Source: an uncultured Planctomycetota bacterium (lineage in GTDB: Bacteria; Planctomycetota; Planctomycetia; Isosphaerales; Isosphaeraceae). From it: DNA of 64,000 bases. The stretch spans positions 800,001 through 864,000 of the forward strand of contig CAWGMQ010000006.1 of assembly GCA_963823665.1 (NCBI GenBank), in the 5' to 3' direction. Below the pieces are notes generated by a model that was given only the letters and a program-made list of their open reading frames with translations, had not been told where the DNA came from and ran no database searches. A program made the position numbers and the translations under genes. This document shows, piece by piece, positions 28,821-39,440 of this stretch (position 1 is its first letter; each line of letters opens with the position of its first letter).

Positions 28821-30446
28821 ATGATAGATAGGAAGGATTCCTCGAAGACGGCTGCCCAAGAGGTTGCTTCCAGGACGCGTTCTCGCGCGCTGCCGCCGGT
28901 CCTCTCAGGGCTGCTCTCCGGTACGTTCTGGCTGGCCTTGCGCGTGCCGCTCCAGGCCGTTTTCTCGCTGTGGACGACGCGGCTGGTGCTCGAGTCGGTG
29001 GGTGCCGATCAATGGGGGGCCTATCGATTCGCCTGGGGCTTCGGGTTCTTCCAGTTCTTGTTCGAATTCGGGGCGAGCTCTGCCCTTCAACGGCAGATCT
29101 CGGAAGCATGGACGCGTGGCGATCACGATGCGGTCGACCGTTCGATCGCCTGCGGCATGACCTTTTATACAGCCGTCGCCTTCCTGCAGATCGCGGCCTT
29201 GCTCGGCGTGGCCTACTGGGCGCTGCCAGTGACGGCCTTCGAGGGACGCGCCTACGAGTTGATTGTCAAGCTGCTGTGGCTGCAAGCCGTGACAGCCCCT
29301 TGCTACGGATATTCGGTGGTGGTATCGAGCGTGCTGCAGGCCGCGAGGCGCTACGATTTCATCCCGCGGCTCGAGCTTTTTACGACGATCGTGCGATTCC
29401 TCGTGCTGGCGGTGGGACTACAGTCCGGATTCGACTTCTTCCGGGTGGTGGTCACTCAGACGGCGATTCAGGTCGGCCTGGGGTTTGCGCCGGGGCTGTG
29501 GGTGATGAACCGCGAGCTGGGCCACAGGCCGCACTTCGGTGGGGCACGTCTATCGGACTACAAATCGCTGCTCAATTTCAGCTTCTACATCGCGCTCATC
29601 CAGCTCAGCGTGGTGCTTGCCGACAAGGTCGACACGAGCGTGCTGGGCTTCATTCTCGCCGACCCCGGTCCGGCCAATTCGGTGTACGACGTGGTGAGCA
29701 AGCCGTTCCTCCAGCTCCGGCAGACGGGCTGGATGCTGGCCTACATGGTGATGCCCGCGGTGGCGAGCCTGGTCGGCGCGGACGATCACCGCGCGCTCGA
29801 CCGCGTCAAGTACGACGGTACGAGGCTGCATATCGGTGCGATCTTGCCGGTGGGTCTCCTGGCCTGGATTTACGCCGGGCCATTTCTCTCGCTCTGGATG
29901 GGGATGCGCCTGGGTTACGACGCGGCCGAGCACGCGGACCTGATGCGTTTATTCCTGCTCGCCGCAATCCCGCTTGTGCTCTCGGTCCTGGTTCAAGTGT
30001 CGATCGGGCTCAATAAGGTCAAGGTCATTGCGCTCGCAGCACTTCTGGGGTCGGCGGTGAACCTCCCCATCAGTTGTTATCTGACCTCCCGCCTGGGCGT
30101 CGAAGGTGTGATCTGGGGAACCGTCATCACCACGTTCTTCTCCAATTTACTGGTGCCGGGAATCTACGTATTTCGGGAGCTTCAGATAGATTGGCGAATC
30201 TTATTCAGGCGAACGTTGAGCGCTCCGTTTTGCGGAGGAATTGCCCTGGTCGCTACGACATGGGCGTTGCGATGGGTCGCGCCGGTGACCTATCCCGGGG
30301 AGTCGCTCTGGTTGCGATCAACACCGCTCTTGGTGCACTTGACCGGCGGAACGCTGGCGTACCTCGCCGGGTATCTTCTGACGAAGGCAGGGCGCTCCGA
30401 CGCGGTCGAGCTATCGGGCCGGCTACTCCGGCGACGAAATGCTTGA
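28821..30446 (+). CDS. Polysaccharide flippase (Wzx/MOP family)
   Basis: 12-14 hydrophobic helices, FEFGASSALQR, DKVDTSVLG, LGVEGVIWGT. Confidence 0.8.
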   Translation: MIDRKDSSKTAAQEVASRTRSRALPPVLSGLLSGTFWLALRVPLQAVFSLWTTRLVLESVGADQWGAYRFAWGFGFFQFLFEFGASSALQRQISEAWTRGDHDAVDRSIACGMTFYTAVAFLQIAALLGVAYWALPVTAFEGRAYELIVKLLWLQAVTAPCYGYSVVVSSVLQAARRYDFIPRLELFTTIVRFLVLAVGLQSGFDFFRVVVTQTAIQVGLGFAPGLWVMNRELGHRPHFGGARLSDYKSLLNFSFYIALIQLSVVLADKVDTSVLGFILADPGPANSVYDVVSKPFLQLRQTGWMLAYMVMPAVASLVGADDHRALDRVKYDGTRLHIGAILPVGLLAWIYAGPFLSLWMGMRLGYDAAEHADLMRLFLLAAIPLVLSVLVQVSIGLNKVKVIALAALLGSAVNLPISCYLTSRLGVEGVIWGTVITTFFSNLLVPGIYVFRELQIDWRILFRRTLSAPFCGGIALVATTWALRWVAPVTYPGESLWLRSTPLLVHLTGGTLAYLAGYLLTKAGRSDAVELSGRLLRRRNA

Positions 30447-31401
30447 CTCGCCTTCCGGGTCGCAATCGGGTAAATTCGGGTCTGCGGGGCCCTTTGTTTC
30501 CGGCAGGGAGCGCCCAAACGGGGCGGAGACCATGATGACTCCGAGCGAAGGGACGACGACGGGCAAGACCCGGCTTCGGGACATCGAGGTTCGATCGACG
30601 GGCGGGCTGATCTTGAAGGGCCGCTGTTGGCACCGCGATTCCACGCGGGCGGTTCTGGTGATAGCCCACGGCTACGGAGAGCATGGCGGCTGCTACCGCC
30701 GGGTCGCTGAGTCTGTCGCCGAACGGGCAGACCTCGACGTGGTCGCGGTGGATTTTCGCGGCCACGGCCGCAGCCCGGGCCGTCGGGGAGTTGTGCGAGC
30801 ATACGACGAATTGATCGATGATCTGTTGCACACTCTCCAATGGTCACACCGGCAGTTTCCTGGACTCGATTGTTTTGTTCTCGGTCATTCGAACGGCGGG
30901 CAGGTGACGCTTCGCGCGTGCCTGCGCAATCCCGCAGGGATGACCGGCTTGATCGTGTCGAATCCGGTCTTGCGGGTGTCGGTCGAGGTACCGCCGGTCA
31001 AGATGAAGGTGGCCCGATTCCTTGCCCGGCACGCTCCCTGGGTCACGCTGAAAGGCAGTTTGAACGCCGGGTTGCTCACACGCGACCCCGAAATCCAGGA
31101 GGAGCATCGCACCGACCCGCTGCGACATAGCCGCATGAGCGCACCGCTCTTCTTCGGCATGATCGAGGGAGGGGCCATGCTCATGGAGCGAGCGGGTGAG
31201 CTCAAGACACCGATCCTCATGCTGCTGGGAGGGCAGGACACCATCACCGACCCCGCGGCCGCACGCGCGTTTTTCGACCGCATCGGCGGGGAAGACAAGA
31301 CCCTGACGATTTATCCCAAGATGCTGCACGAGCCTCTCAACGAGATCGGCCGGGGGCAAGTGCTCGAGGACGTGCTGCGCTGGATCGAGCCGCGATTGTG
31401 A
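30439..31401 (+). CDS. Alpha/beta hydrolase (lysophospholipase-like)
   Basis: HGYGEHGGCY, DFRGHGRSPG, GHSNGG nucleophile elbow, LHEPLNE. True start may be near 30532. Confidence 0.88.
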   Translation: MLDSPSGSQSGKFGSAGPFVSGRERPNGAETMMTPSEGTTTGKTRLRDIEVRSTGGLILKGRCWHRDSTRAVLVIAHGYGEHGGCYRRVAESVAERADLDVVAVDFRGHGRSPGRRGVVRAYDELIDDLLHTLQWSHRQFPGLDCFVLGHSNGGQVTLRACLRNPAGMTGLIVSNPVLRVSVEVPPVKMKVARFLARHAPWVTLKGSLNAGLLTRDPEIQEEHRTDPLRHSRMSAPLFFGMIEGGAMLMERAGELKTPILMLLGGQDTITDPAAARAFFDRIGGEDKTLTIYPKMLHEPLNEIGRGQVLEDVLRWIEPRL

Positions 31402-31486
31402 TTTTCCGCTGCTGATCGAACCTCCTTCGAAGGAATAAACGAGAAACGAGGATTTGCGAGGTCCAGCGAGCGGAAGGTCTCACATC

Positions 31487-32377
31487 ATGTTTCGACTCTG
31501 GATGATCATCGTTACAGCAGCGGTCTCTCCTGCCCGCGCGGACGGTGGCGGCGAACGTCGAGCCATCGCCGCGGCTGCCCCCGCAGCCGGCGCGATTCCG
31601 GTTCAGCCCCTTCAAGAACGCAAGGCCGTGCCCGTAGACGATTCGCGCCAGGACCTGGAAATCCGGGGCAACGTTGTGGACATCGAGACGGGTCGAACTA
31701 TAACCAACTACTTCCTGCAAGACGGCGAACCCGACCCGAATGCCCCGGGCCGAATAAACTGGGGCGCTGGTGAGAGCCGGCAGTACCCAAACTTTAAGGA
31801 CTCGCTGCACCACACCTATACCAATGCCGGCGAGTGGTCGCGTGTGATCGCACCCGGGTACTTGCCGGAGCCGCTTACTGAGAAACCCTACGACGGCAAG
31901 CCCGGTTCCATGAAGGTCGTCGTCAAGCTGAGGCGAGGCTGGAAAGTTGGCGGCCGGGTGCTCGACTCGTTCAAGAAACCCGTCGCCGGCGCCTCGGTGT
32001 TCCTCGTGGGCGGTAGCATGAACGGGCCGAACATCACCGGCGGCAAGGCATGGATCTGGCCAGAGACCTTCATGCGAACTCAGGACAATACCGTCTTGAA
32101 GACCGCGACCGACGGTGACGGCCGGTTCCTTCTCGCATGCGATGCGACCGGCCGGTTCAAGACTCCACGCCTGAGTCCGGGAGCCTACGTGATCGTGGCC
32201 GAAGGCTACAAGGAGCCTTCCTCAAAACAAACGTTTGGCGTGATCGGTTCGGTCAGTCACCCAGACTACCGCGCAATCGGCGATGTAACTGTGCCCGAAC
32301 AAGGGCCGGCGCCGCGGGTTCGAATGATGATGCGGCCCAACCGACCGAGGCTGGACGAGCCGGATGACGCGAATTGA
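31487..32377 (+). CDS. Exported protein with carboxypeptidase-regulatory-like (Ig) domain(s)
   Basis: Signal-like N-terminus; IRGNVVDIETGRTI, VGGRVLDSFKKPVAGASVFL, TDGDGRF. Confidence 0.6.
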   Translation: MFRLWMIIVTAAVSPARADGGGERRAIAAAAPAAGAIPVQPLQERKAVPVDDSRQDLEIRGNVVDIETGRTITNYFLQDGEPDPNAPGRINWGAGESRQYPNFKDSLHHTYTNAGEWSRVIAPGYLPEPLTEKPYDGKPGSMKVVVKLRRGWKVGGRVLDSFKKPVAGASVFLVGGSMNGPNITGGKAWIWPETFMRTQDNTVLKTATDGDGRFLLACDATGRFKTPRLSPGAYVIVAEGYKEPSSKQTFGVIGSVSHPDYRAIGDVTVPEQGPAPRVRMMMRPNRPRLDEPDDAN

Positions 32378-32447
32378 TAGCTGCAGCCCGCACTTTTGTC
32401 GTTCCATGCGAGTCGCCTGCAATCCGGACGAGGCTCGATCGCGGCAA

Positions 32448-33567
32448 TCAAGCTCGAACGAACCGGTGGCCCGGGAGCCTCTTGGCGAGGCGCTTCACTT
32501 CGAGCACGCTGAGCGTCGCCAGGACCTGGGCGGGAGTCATACCCGTGCGAACGATCAGCTCGTCGACGCCGGACGGGCGATCGTCAAGCTGGCCCAGGAC
32601 TGAACGCTCGAGGTCGGTGAGCGCGAGCTCGGCGGGGTGGCGGACGGGTGGATCGCCGCTGCCAGCCCGGATTTCATGGGTGAGTGGGCCCAGCTCCTCG
32701 ATGATGTCATCGACGGTCTCGACCAGCCGGGCTCCGTCGCGGATCAAGCGATGGCAGCCGCGGCTCGAGAGGCTGTCGGCCGGCCCGGGCACGGCGAACA
32801 CCTCACGGTTTTGCTCCATCGCATGCCGCGCGGTCGAAAGCGAGCCGCTGCGGGGAGTGGCTTCGACGACGACGACGCCCAGCGAGATCCCCGAGATGAT
32901 CCGGTTCCGCTGGGTGAAGAGCCCCGGTAGCGGCGCCTGTCGCATGGGCATCTCGGAGACGAGCGCCCCGGACTCGGCCAGGGCGCGGGCGAGGTCCTCA
33001 TGCTCAGGCGGGTAGATCGAGGAGAGTCCGTTGGCCAGGACGGCGATCGATCGGCCGCCGGCCGAGACCGCCCCCCGATGCGCGGCGGCGTCGATGCCGC
33101 GGGCCAGCCCGGAGACGACGGTGAAACCGGTTCGCGCTAGCGCCGTGGCCAGTCGCTCGGCCATCCGCGCCGTAGGGCGTGCAGCGGCGCGAGCCGACGA
33201 GCGCGATCGCCAGCTCGTCCCTGGGCTCGATCGATCCTTTCACATAGAGCAAGACGGGCGGATCGGGGATGTTTTCAAGCGCAGCGGGGTATTCCTGCTC
33301 GCCCTGTGCCACGACCCTCACGCCGAGCCGCCGGCACAGAGCCAGCTCCTCACCCGCGTCGAACTCCGACCGGGCCTGGCCGATCTTGCGGGCGAGCTTG
33401 GGCCCGACCCCGCTCACCGCGGAGAGCGCCGTCTGGCTCGCGTCGAGGGCTCTTCCGGCCGAGCCGAACCGGCCCAGAAGAGCGCGGCAGGTTTGCGGGC
33501 CCACACCCGGCACGGCCGTGAGCTGGATCAAGTCCAAGAGCCGCATTTCGGCGTCTTCTTCGGCCAA
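32448..33567 (-). CDS. dprA: DNA-processing protein DprA; frameshift near 33168
   Basis: IPDPPVLLYVKG, ALVGSRRCTPYG in the 5' ORF; VVSGLARGIDAAAH, FTQRNRIISG, SGSLSTA, REVFAVPG in the 3' ORF. Confidence 0.93.
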
Positions 33568-33614
33568 GCATCACTCCCATTCCGGGGGACCGGAGGTTTC
33601 TTGCGGCGTCTCGC

Positions 33615-34775
33615 TCAAAGAGTCTCAAGGACGGCCTGCACGTCTTCTTCGCCCGGCGAGTCGGTGAGCTGCACGTGCCCGATCGAGCGCGGCAGCACGA
33701 AGCGGATCTTGCCCAGGCGATTCTTCTTGTCGCGGCCCATCGCGTGCTTGAGTGTGGCAAGGTCGAGCCCGGGCGCCTTGACAGGAAGGCCGAAGCACTC
33801 GAGCAGGCGGGCCAGGCGAACCGCGAGCTCTCCGCTCGTCCATCCCAGCCGCTCGGCCAGCTTGCTTTCGGCAACCATGCCGATCGCGACGGCTTCGCCG
33901 TGCAAGAACCGGCTGTCATAGCCCGTGGCGTTCTCGATCGCGTGCGCGATCGTGTGGCCGAAATTGAGCATCGCCCGATCCTCGCCTTCCTCCCGCTCGT
34001 CGCGGGCGACCACGCGAGCCTTGATCCGGCAGCTCTCGACGATGATCCGCTGGAGCGTCTCCGGTGCCCGCGCCAGGATCCTCCCGGCATTCTGTTCGAG
34101 GAACGAGAGGAAGTGCTCGCCCGCGATCACGCCGTACTTGACCACTTCGGCCAGTCCCGAGCGGAATTCACGATCGGGAAGCGTGGCGAGCGTCTCGGTG
34201 TCGATCCAGACGCCCAGCGGCTGGTAGAACGCGCCGATCAGGTTTTTGGCGCGGGGGTGATTCACGCCGACCTTGCCCCCGACTGAGCTGTCGACCTGAG
34301 CAAGCAAAGTGGTGGGCACCATGATGAGGGGAAGTCCGCGAGCGAAGGTGGCGGCGACGAAGCCGGCCAGATCGCCAACGACACCGCCGCCGAGCGCAAC
34401 CACGAGCGTGTGGCGATCGGCGGCTCGCGCGGCCAGCTCGTCGAAGAGCCGCTCGGCCTGCGAGAGCGACTTGGACGACTCGCCGGGCGGCACGATCACG
34501 GTCTCGGCCGAGATGCCGGCGGCCTGGAGCCCGGACTGGTACGGGGCGGGAATAGAACGATCCGCGATGTGGGCGTCGGTGACGATCACGGCGCGCCGGC
34601 AGGCCGAAGCCGTCCACGACCGCTCCAGCGCCCGTCGCGCGAACGGACCGAACCCGGAGACACGACCACTCACGACCTCGATCTCGTAGGACCGAGGACC
34701 GAGCTCGACCGTGAGGAGGTCCGGCGGCGGCGATGACGCGGGTTCGGTCACGGCAGGTGTGCTCGAATAGGGCAA
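33615..34775 (-). CDS. aroB: 3-dehydroquinate synthase
   Basis: ALGGGVVGDLAGF, PTTLLAQVDSSVGGK, LNFGHTIAHAIE, HGEAVAIG. Confidence 0.96.
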   Translation of the reverse strand: MPYSSTPAVTEPASSPPPDLLTVELGPRSYEIEVVSGRVSGFGPFARRALERSWTASACRRAVIVTDAHIADRSIPAPYQSGLQAAGISAETVIVPPGESSKSLSQAERLFDELAARAADRHTLVVALGGGVVGDLAGFVAATFARGLPLIMVPTTLLAQVDSSVGGKVGVNHPRAKNLIGAFYQPLGVWIDTETLATLPDREFRSGLAEVVKYGVIAGEHFLSFLEQNAGRILARAPETLQRIIVESCRIKARVVARDEREEGEDRAMLNFGHTIAHAIENATGYDSRFLHGEAVAIGMVAESKLAERLGWTSGELAVRLARLLECFGLPVKAPGLDLATLKHAMGRDKKNRLGKIRFVLPRSIGHVQLTDSPGEEDVQAVLETL

Positions 34776-35005
34776 AAGAGAATCGATTCCGGCTCTCCGG
34801 CCAATTTAGCAGGCGGGCGCCCTTCTCTCCAGCCGGGCGCCCTTCTGTGCTGGTATACGCTCGGCGGCACCCTTTTGCCGACGAGCAGACCCAACCTGGC
34901 CGGCGGGTTGCGTTGCGAGCCGGCGCGGCGGCTGGTAGATTAGATTCTCAGGGAGAGAGAAGCCACGTCTGGCGGTGTGATCGCAGACGGCCGCAGGTGG
35001 GGGCC

Positions 35006-36088
35006 ATGATCGATTTTCTGACCTGGTCGCCGATCAGTCTCGGCCGGTGGTTTGGAACGGCGATCCGAGTGCATGTCGCTCTGGTCGTCTTCGTCGTGTA
35101 CCAGCTCGTGGCGTCGGCGGTATCGTCGCCGGACAAGGCCCACCTGGTGGAGCACGTCGCGGCGACCGCCTGCTGGCTGGGGCTATTGCTGGCGGCGCTC
35201 GGCTTGCACGAGCTGGCCCACGCGCTCACGGCATACTGGCTCGACTGCGACCAGGAAGAAGTGCACATCTGGCCGCTGGGCAGCCTGGTGGGGCCATCCT
35301 ATGTGCCGCGTTCGAGCGAGCACGTGCTGGTCGCGCTGGCCGGCCCGCTCATGAGCGGAGCGGTGTTTCTGGGCGCAGCCATCGGCGTGAACCTGATCGC
35401 GGGAGCGCAGTTTGCCTGGAACCCCTTCGGCTTCGATAAGGATGCGGGAGCACCCCTCAGGTCCGGCGTGGCGGTCGCGCCACTCACGGCAATCTGGATC
35501 ATCGGCTGGTTCGGTTACCTCAACTACGTGCTCATGCTGGTCAACATTTTCATTCCCGCGCTGCCGTTCGACTGCGGGCGGATGTTGCGGGCGTACCTTG
35601 CGAGCACGTCGGTGGTCTCGACCCGCGAGAGCATTGCGGCGCCGTGGACGGCGCACACTTGTGCGGTCATGCTCGGGATCATCGGCGTGGTTCGTCTGGC
35701 ACTGTTCCGGCAGTTCGACGGCTTGACGGTCATCGGACTGGCCGTCCTCGTCGAGGTGCTGGCCAGGAGCGAGGCGAGGATGCTCGAAGACGGCGGTTAT
35801 TTTGATGACGGCGTTTTCGGCTACGATTTCTCCGAAGGATACACCAGTCTCGAAAGCGGCGCGCCCAAGGTGCGGCCGTACCGGGAGAGTGCGCTCGAGC
35901 GCTGGCGCCGCCGCCGGTCGGACCTGCGCCGCCAGCGGCGGATGATCCGCGAGGCTGCTGAAGAGAAACGGATGGATGAGATCCTCGAAAAGCTGCACCG
36001 CGAGGGCCGCGGCGCTTTGACCGATGAAGAGCATCGATTCCTCGTGCGCGTGAGCACGCGCTACCGCAACCGGACCAAGAACACGTGA
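35006..36088 (+). CDS. Site-2 protease (M50) family membrane metalloprotease
   Basis: LHELAH, VALAGP, NIFIPALPFDCGR, C-terminal MDEILEKLHREG...LTDEE. Confidence 0.85.
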   Translation: MIDFLTWSPISLGRWFGTAIRVHVALVVFVVYQLVASAVSSPDKAHLVEHVAATACWLGLLLAALGLHELAHALTAYWLDCDQEEVHIWPLGSLVGPSYVPRSSEHVLVALAGPLMSGAVFLGAAIGVNLIAGAQFAWNPFGFDKDAGAPLRSGVAVAPLTAIWIIGWFGYLNYVLMLVNIFIPALPFDCGRMLRAYLASTSVVSTRESIAAPWTAHTCAVMLGIIGVVRLALFRQFDGLTVIGLAVLVEVLARSEARMLEDGGYFDDGVFGYDFSEGYTSLESGAPKVRPYRESALERWRRRRSDLRRQRRMIREAAEEKRMDEILEKLHREGRGALTDEEHRFLVRVSTRYRNRTKNT

Positions 36089-36999
36089 TTGATCCCGTGG
36101 GCCCCCGCGCGACCGAGAGGGCCCGTCAAAACGCCGTGTCTTCTGCCGCGATCGCCCGGGTGCCTATCCTCGCGGCGATCGAGAAGTCGCCGCTGGCCCT
36201 CGACGCGGGCATGGGCACCCGGCTTGTGGCGGCGGGGCTCGATCTGCGGAGCGACGATCCGGCGCTCTGGTGCTTGTCCCACCCCGATCAAGTGGTCGCG
36301 GTGCACCGCCGCGACCTCGCGGGCGGCGCCCGAGCCATCCTGACCAATACCTTCGGCGCCAACCGATCTTGGCTGACAAGATTCGGCCAGGTGCAAGAGG
36401 TGGGTCCGATCAATCGCCGCGCGGTCGAGCTTGCCAGGAGTGCCGCCGGGGCAGATCGATACGTGATCGGCTCGGTGGGACCGAGCGTGCGAGCGGAAAC
36501 CGGCGCCGCTGCCGAGCAAGCGACGATCCTGATTGATGAAGGCGTCGACGCGGTGTTGCTCGAGACTTTTCGGTTTCCCGAAGTGGAAAGCGTGCTCGAG
36601 GAGGTCGCTACGGCGCTACGTGGGGCCGCTCCGATTTTTGTCAGCTTATGGGAATGGCCCGAACAGCCGCGCACGGCGGCCCAGCGGCTGGTCGAGCGCG
36701 GAGCGGCCGTTTTGGGGTTCAACTGCGGGCCCGGCGCGCGGGCCGCGGCGGCCTTTGCCCGGGAGCTCTCGCAAGCAACTCGCGTTCCCCTGCTCGTGAA
36801 GCCGGGTGCCGGCCCCCGCGCGGAAGCCGTGATGAGCCCCGAGGAGCTCGCAGGAGTCGTTCCCGCGCTGCTCGCGAACCATGTCCGCTTGATCGGCGGC
36901 TGCTGCGGGACGGACGAACGGCACGTCGCCGCCGTGGCCGGCTGCCTACGAATTCATCGTGTATCCTTGGGGTATCAGACAGGAGACAATTGGCGATGA
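36085..36999 (+). CDS. Homocysteine S-methyltransferase family protein (stand-alone domain)
   Basis: LDAGMGT, TNTFGAN, LETF, GFNCG and IGGCCGT zinc ligands. Confidence 0.88.
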   Translation: MIDPVGPRATERARQNAVSSAAIARVPILAAIEKSPLALDAGMGTRLVAAGLDLRSDDPALWCLSHPDQVVAVHRRDLAGGARAILTNTFGANRSWLTRFGQVQEVGPINRRAVELARSAAGADRYVIGSVGPSVRAETGAAAEQATILIDEGVDAVLLETFRFPEVESVLEEVATALRGAAPIFVSLWEWPEQPRTAAQRLVERGAAVLGFNCGPGARAAAAFARELSQATRVPLLVKPGAGPRAEAVMSPEELAGVVPALLANHVRLIGGCCGTDERHVAAVAGCLRIHRVSLGYQTGDNWR

Positions 37000-37445
37000 G
37001 CCCTTCCCGATCGAAAGAAAAACGCCCGCGGCGCGACGAGCTTGGGCCGGGCGATTGCCTGTGCAACCACTGCACCGGCCGGTGCTGCCGCTATTTCTCG
37101 CTTCCCATCGATAACCCGACGACCTGGAACGATTTTGACTCGATCCGCTGGTACCTGGCGCACGGTCAAACGCTGATCTACGTCGAGAAGAAGCAGTGGT
37201 ACTTGCTGGTGATGACGAAGTGCACGTATCTGACGGACGACGACCTCTGCCGCATCTACCTCAACCGGCCCAAGGTGTGCCGCGATTACACGACGGACAA
37301 CTGCGAATACGACGGGGAATGGACGTTCGACAAGCTGTTCGAAACCCCCGAGCAAGTCTGGGAATACGCCGAAGCGGTGTTGCCGCCCAGGCGGAGGAAC
37401 AGGGGGAAATCGACATTTGCTCTGCCGATTGTTACGATTGCGTGA
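36996..37445 (+). CDS. YkgJ-family cysteine-cluster protein
   Basis: CNHCTGRCC, CTYL...CRIYLNRPKVCRDY; AGGAG RBS. Confidence 0.88.
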   Translation: MSPSRSKEKRPRRDELGPGDCLCNHCTGRCCRYFSLPIDNPTTWNDFDSIRWYLAHGQTLIYVEKKQWYLLVMTKCTYLTDDDLCRIYLNRPKVCRDYTTDNCEYDGEWTFDKLFETPEQVWEYAEAVLPPRRRNRGKSTFALPIVTIA

Positions 37446-38003
37446 ATGAGACGGTCGAATCATTATGAGGCGGCGTTTGAAGGGTTTGTGCGCTCGATCC
37501 GGGTTCCGTGCGTGGCCATCGACGAGGCCAAGCGGGCCATCTGCGGCGACGATGCGCTCAAGAACCCCGATTTCTTGCTTTACCCGCAGTTCGGGGCGAA
37601 CCTGGTGGTCGAGGTGAAGGGAAAGCGGGCCAAGAATGCCCGGGGCCGCCGCGACTGGGAAAACTGGGTCACGACCGACGATCTCGATGGTCTGGTGCGG
37701 TGGCAGGCGATGTTCGGGCCGGGTTTCCGGGCGGTGCTGGCGTTTGCTTATGCGGAGCCGATCGGTCCCTTCCCGCTGCCGCGACAGAATGGGGCCTTTG
37801 AGTTTCGCGGCCTCGAATATCGATTCTGGGCCGTGGGGCTCGATGAATACGTGGCCCACCTGCGCTCCCGCGGGCCGGCATGGAAGGCCGTCGCGATGGC
37901 GCGCCGGGCATTCCGCCGGCGGGTGCGCCCTCTACTCGAATGGCTGCCGATGAGTTACGATTGGAGCCGTCGTCCGATTCCCGTAAAGGAGCGTTCGCGA
38001 TGA
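37446..38003 (+). CDS. HYExAFE-family protein
   Basis: N-terminal NHYEAAFE; PD...EVK motif (NPDFLLY, VVEVKGK). Confidence 0.85.
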   Translation: MRRSNHYEAAFEGFVRSIRVPCVAIDEAKRAICGDDALKNPDFLLYPQFGANLVVEVKGKRAKNARGRRDWENWVTTDDLDGLVRWQAMFGPGFRAVLAFAYAEPIGPFPLPRQNGAFEFRGLEYRFWAVGLDEYVAHLRSRGPAWKAVAMARRAFRRRVRPLLEWLPMSYDWSRRPIPVKERSR

Positions 38004-38227
38004 ATCCGTTCTTGAAGCGATGGAGGCGCCGGCTCGCCGTCGCCCTGCTGGGCATGGGGCTCTGGATCGCCCCGGCTTTCACTCCGGTCGCGCCGGCCCA
38101 GGACCCGAATGATCCCAGCGCCGCGGTGCCGGGCGAAGGGTCTGGCCGCCCGCTCGACGGGTACCTGGGCACGATCGTGCTGATGCTCCTGGTCCTGTTC
38201 ATCGTGGGTAAGTCTGCCCGGAGATGA
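38000..38227 (+). CDS. Small membrane protein (signal peptide, C-terminal TM, basic tail)
   Basis: AAGGAG RBS and ATGA overlap; MNPFLKRWRRRLAVALLG...APAQD...YLGTIVLMLLVLFIVGKSARR. Confidence 0.7.
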   Translation: MNPFLKRWRRRLAVALLGMGLWIAPAFTPVAPAQDPNDPSAAVPGEGSGRPLDGYLGTIVLMLLVLFIVGKSARR

Positions 38228-38267
38228 TTTTCCCCGCCCCGGGGCCGCCCGAGACGGGGTGCTCTCC

Positions 38268-39407
38268 ATGGATATCGACTGGGATTCCCTTCGCGAATCC
38301 GAGTTTCCTGTAACGCGGCGATGGGCCTATCTCGACCATGCCGCAACCGCGCCGCTGCCTCGCCGCAGCGCAGATGCGCTGCGGGCCTGGGCCGCGGAGC
38401 AAGAGAATGACGGTGTCATCGGCTGGCCCGAGCGCGAAAAGCGAATTGAAGAGCTTCGCACCCGGGCCGCTTTACTGCTGAACGCCCACCGCGACGAGAT
38501 CGCCTTCATTCAAAGTACGACCCACGGGATCGGCTTGATTGCCGAAGGATATCCCTGGCGGTCCGGAGACAACGTGGTCACGGCCGAAGACGAATACCCG
38601 TCGAACCTCTATCCCTGGATGAACCTCGAAAGCCGTGGCGTCTCGGTGCGCCAGGTGAGGAGCCGGGAAGGACGAATCTGGATCGACGACCTCGCGGCCA
38701 CCATGGACCGATCGACCCGCGTGCTTGCGATCAGCCACGTCGAATTCGCCACGGGGTTCCGCAACGACCTGGACGCCCTGGGCGAGCTGTGCCGGGACCG
38801 CGGCATTGCGTTCTTCGTGGACGCGATCCAGGGGCTCGGGCCGCTCTTGATCGACGTCACGAGAACCCCGATCGATTTCCTGGCCGCCGACGGCCACAAG
38901 TGGCTGCTCGGCCCCGAGGGGGCGGGCATCCTGTTTGTGCGCCGCGAGTGGCTGGAACGGCTGCGGGCGACCGGCGTCGGCTGGCATAGCGTCGTCGGCT
39001 CGTACAACTCCCCGCGCAACGAGTTCGTCCTGAAGCCCTCTGCCGGGCGGTTCGAAGGAGGCTCGTTCAACGTGCCGGGCTTGCTTGCATTGGGCGCCAG
39101 CCTGAGTTTATTCCTCGAGCTGGGTCCTGCCGCGGTGTCGGGCCGCATCATGGACCGGGCGGATGCGGTGCGCGAAGTCGCGCTCTCATGCGGGTTCAGC
39201 GTGTTCGGCTCGACGCGCCCGGTTGACCGGTCGTCGATCGTCGTGCTCGAGAAGCCGGGAACGCAGGCGCTCCAGGCCGCGGCCCTGCTCCGCACCCGGG
39301 GGGTTGTCGCTGCGTGCCGGCGCGGCCGCCTTCGTTTGAGCCCGCATCTGTACAATAACTCCGACGATCTGGAGAGGCTCCGGGACGGCCTGAACGCCTT
39401 GGGCTGA
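38268..39407 (+). CDS. PLP-dependent aminotransferase class V (cysteine desulfurase/IPN epimerase-like)
   Basis: YLDHAATAPLP, EYPSN, VDAIQGLG, DGHKWLLGPEG, RLSPHLYN. Confidence 0.9.
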   Translation: MDIDWDSLRESEFPVTRRWAYLDHAATAPLPRRSADALRAWAAEQENDGVIGWPEREKRIEELRTRAALLLNAHRDEIAFIQSTTHGIGLIAEGYPWRSGDNVVTAEDEYPSNLYPWMNLESRGVSVRQVRSREGRIWIDDLAATMDRSTRVLAISHVEFATGFRNDLDALGELCRDRGIAFFVDAIQGLGPLLIDVTRTPIDFLAADGHKWLLGPEGAGILFVRREWLERLRATGVGWHSVVGSYNSPRNEFVLKPSAGRFEGGSFNVPGLLALGASLSLFLELGPAAVSGRIMDRADAVREVALSCGFSVFGSTRPVDRSSIVVLEKPGTQALQAAALLRTRGVVAACRRGRLRLSPHLYNNSDDLERLRDGLNALG

Positions 39408-39440
39408 GTCGTTGCCTTTTCCCTCCACGCGGAAGGCTTT

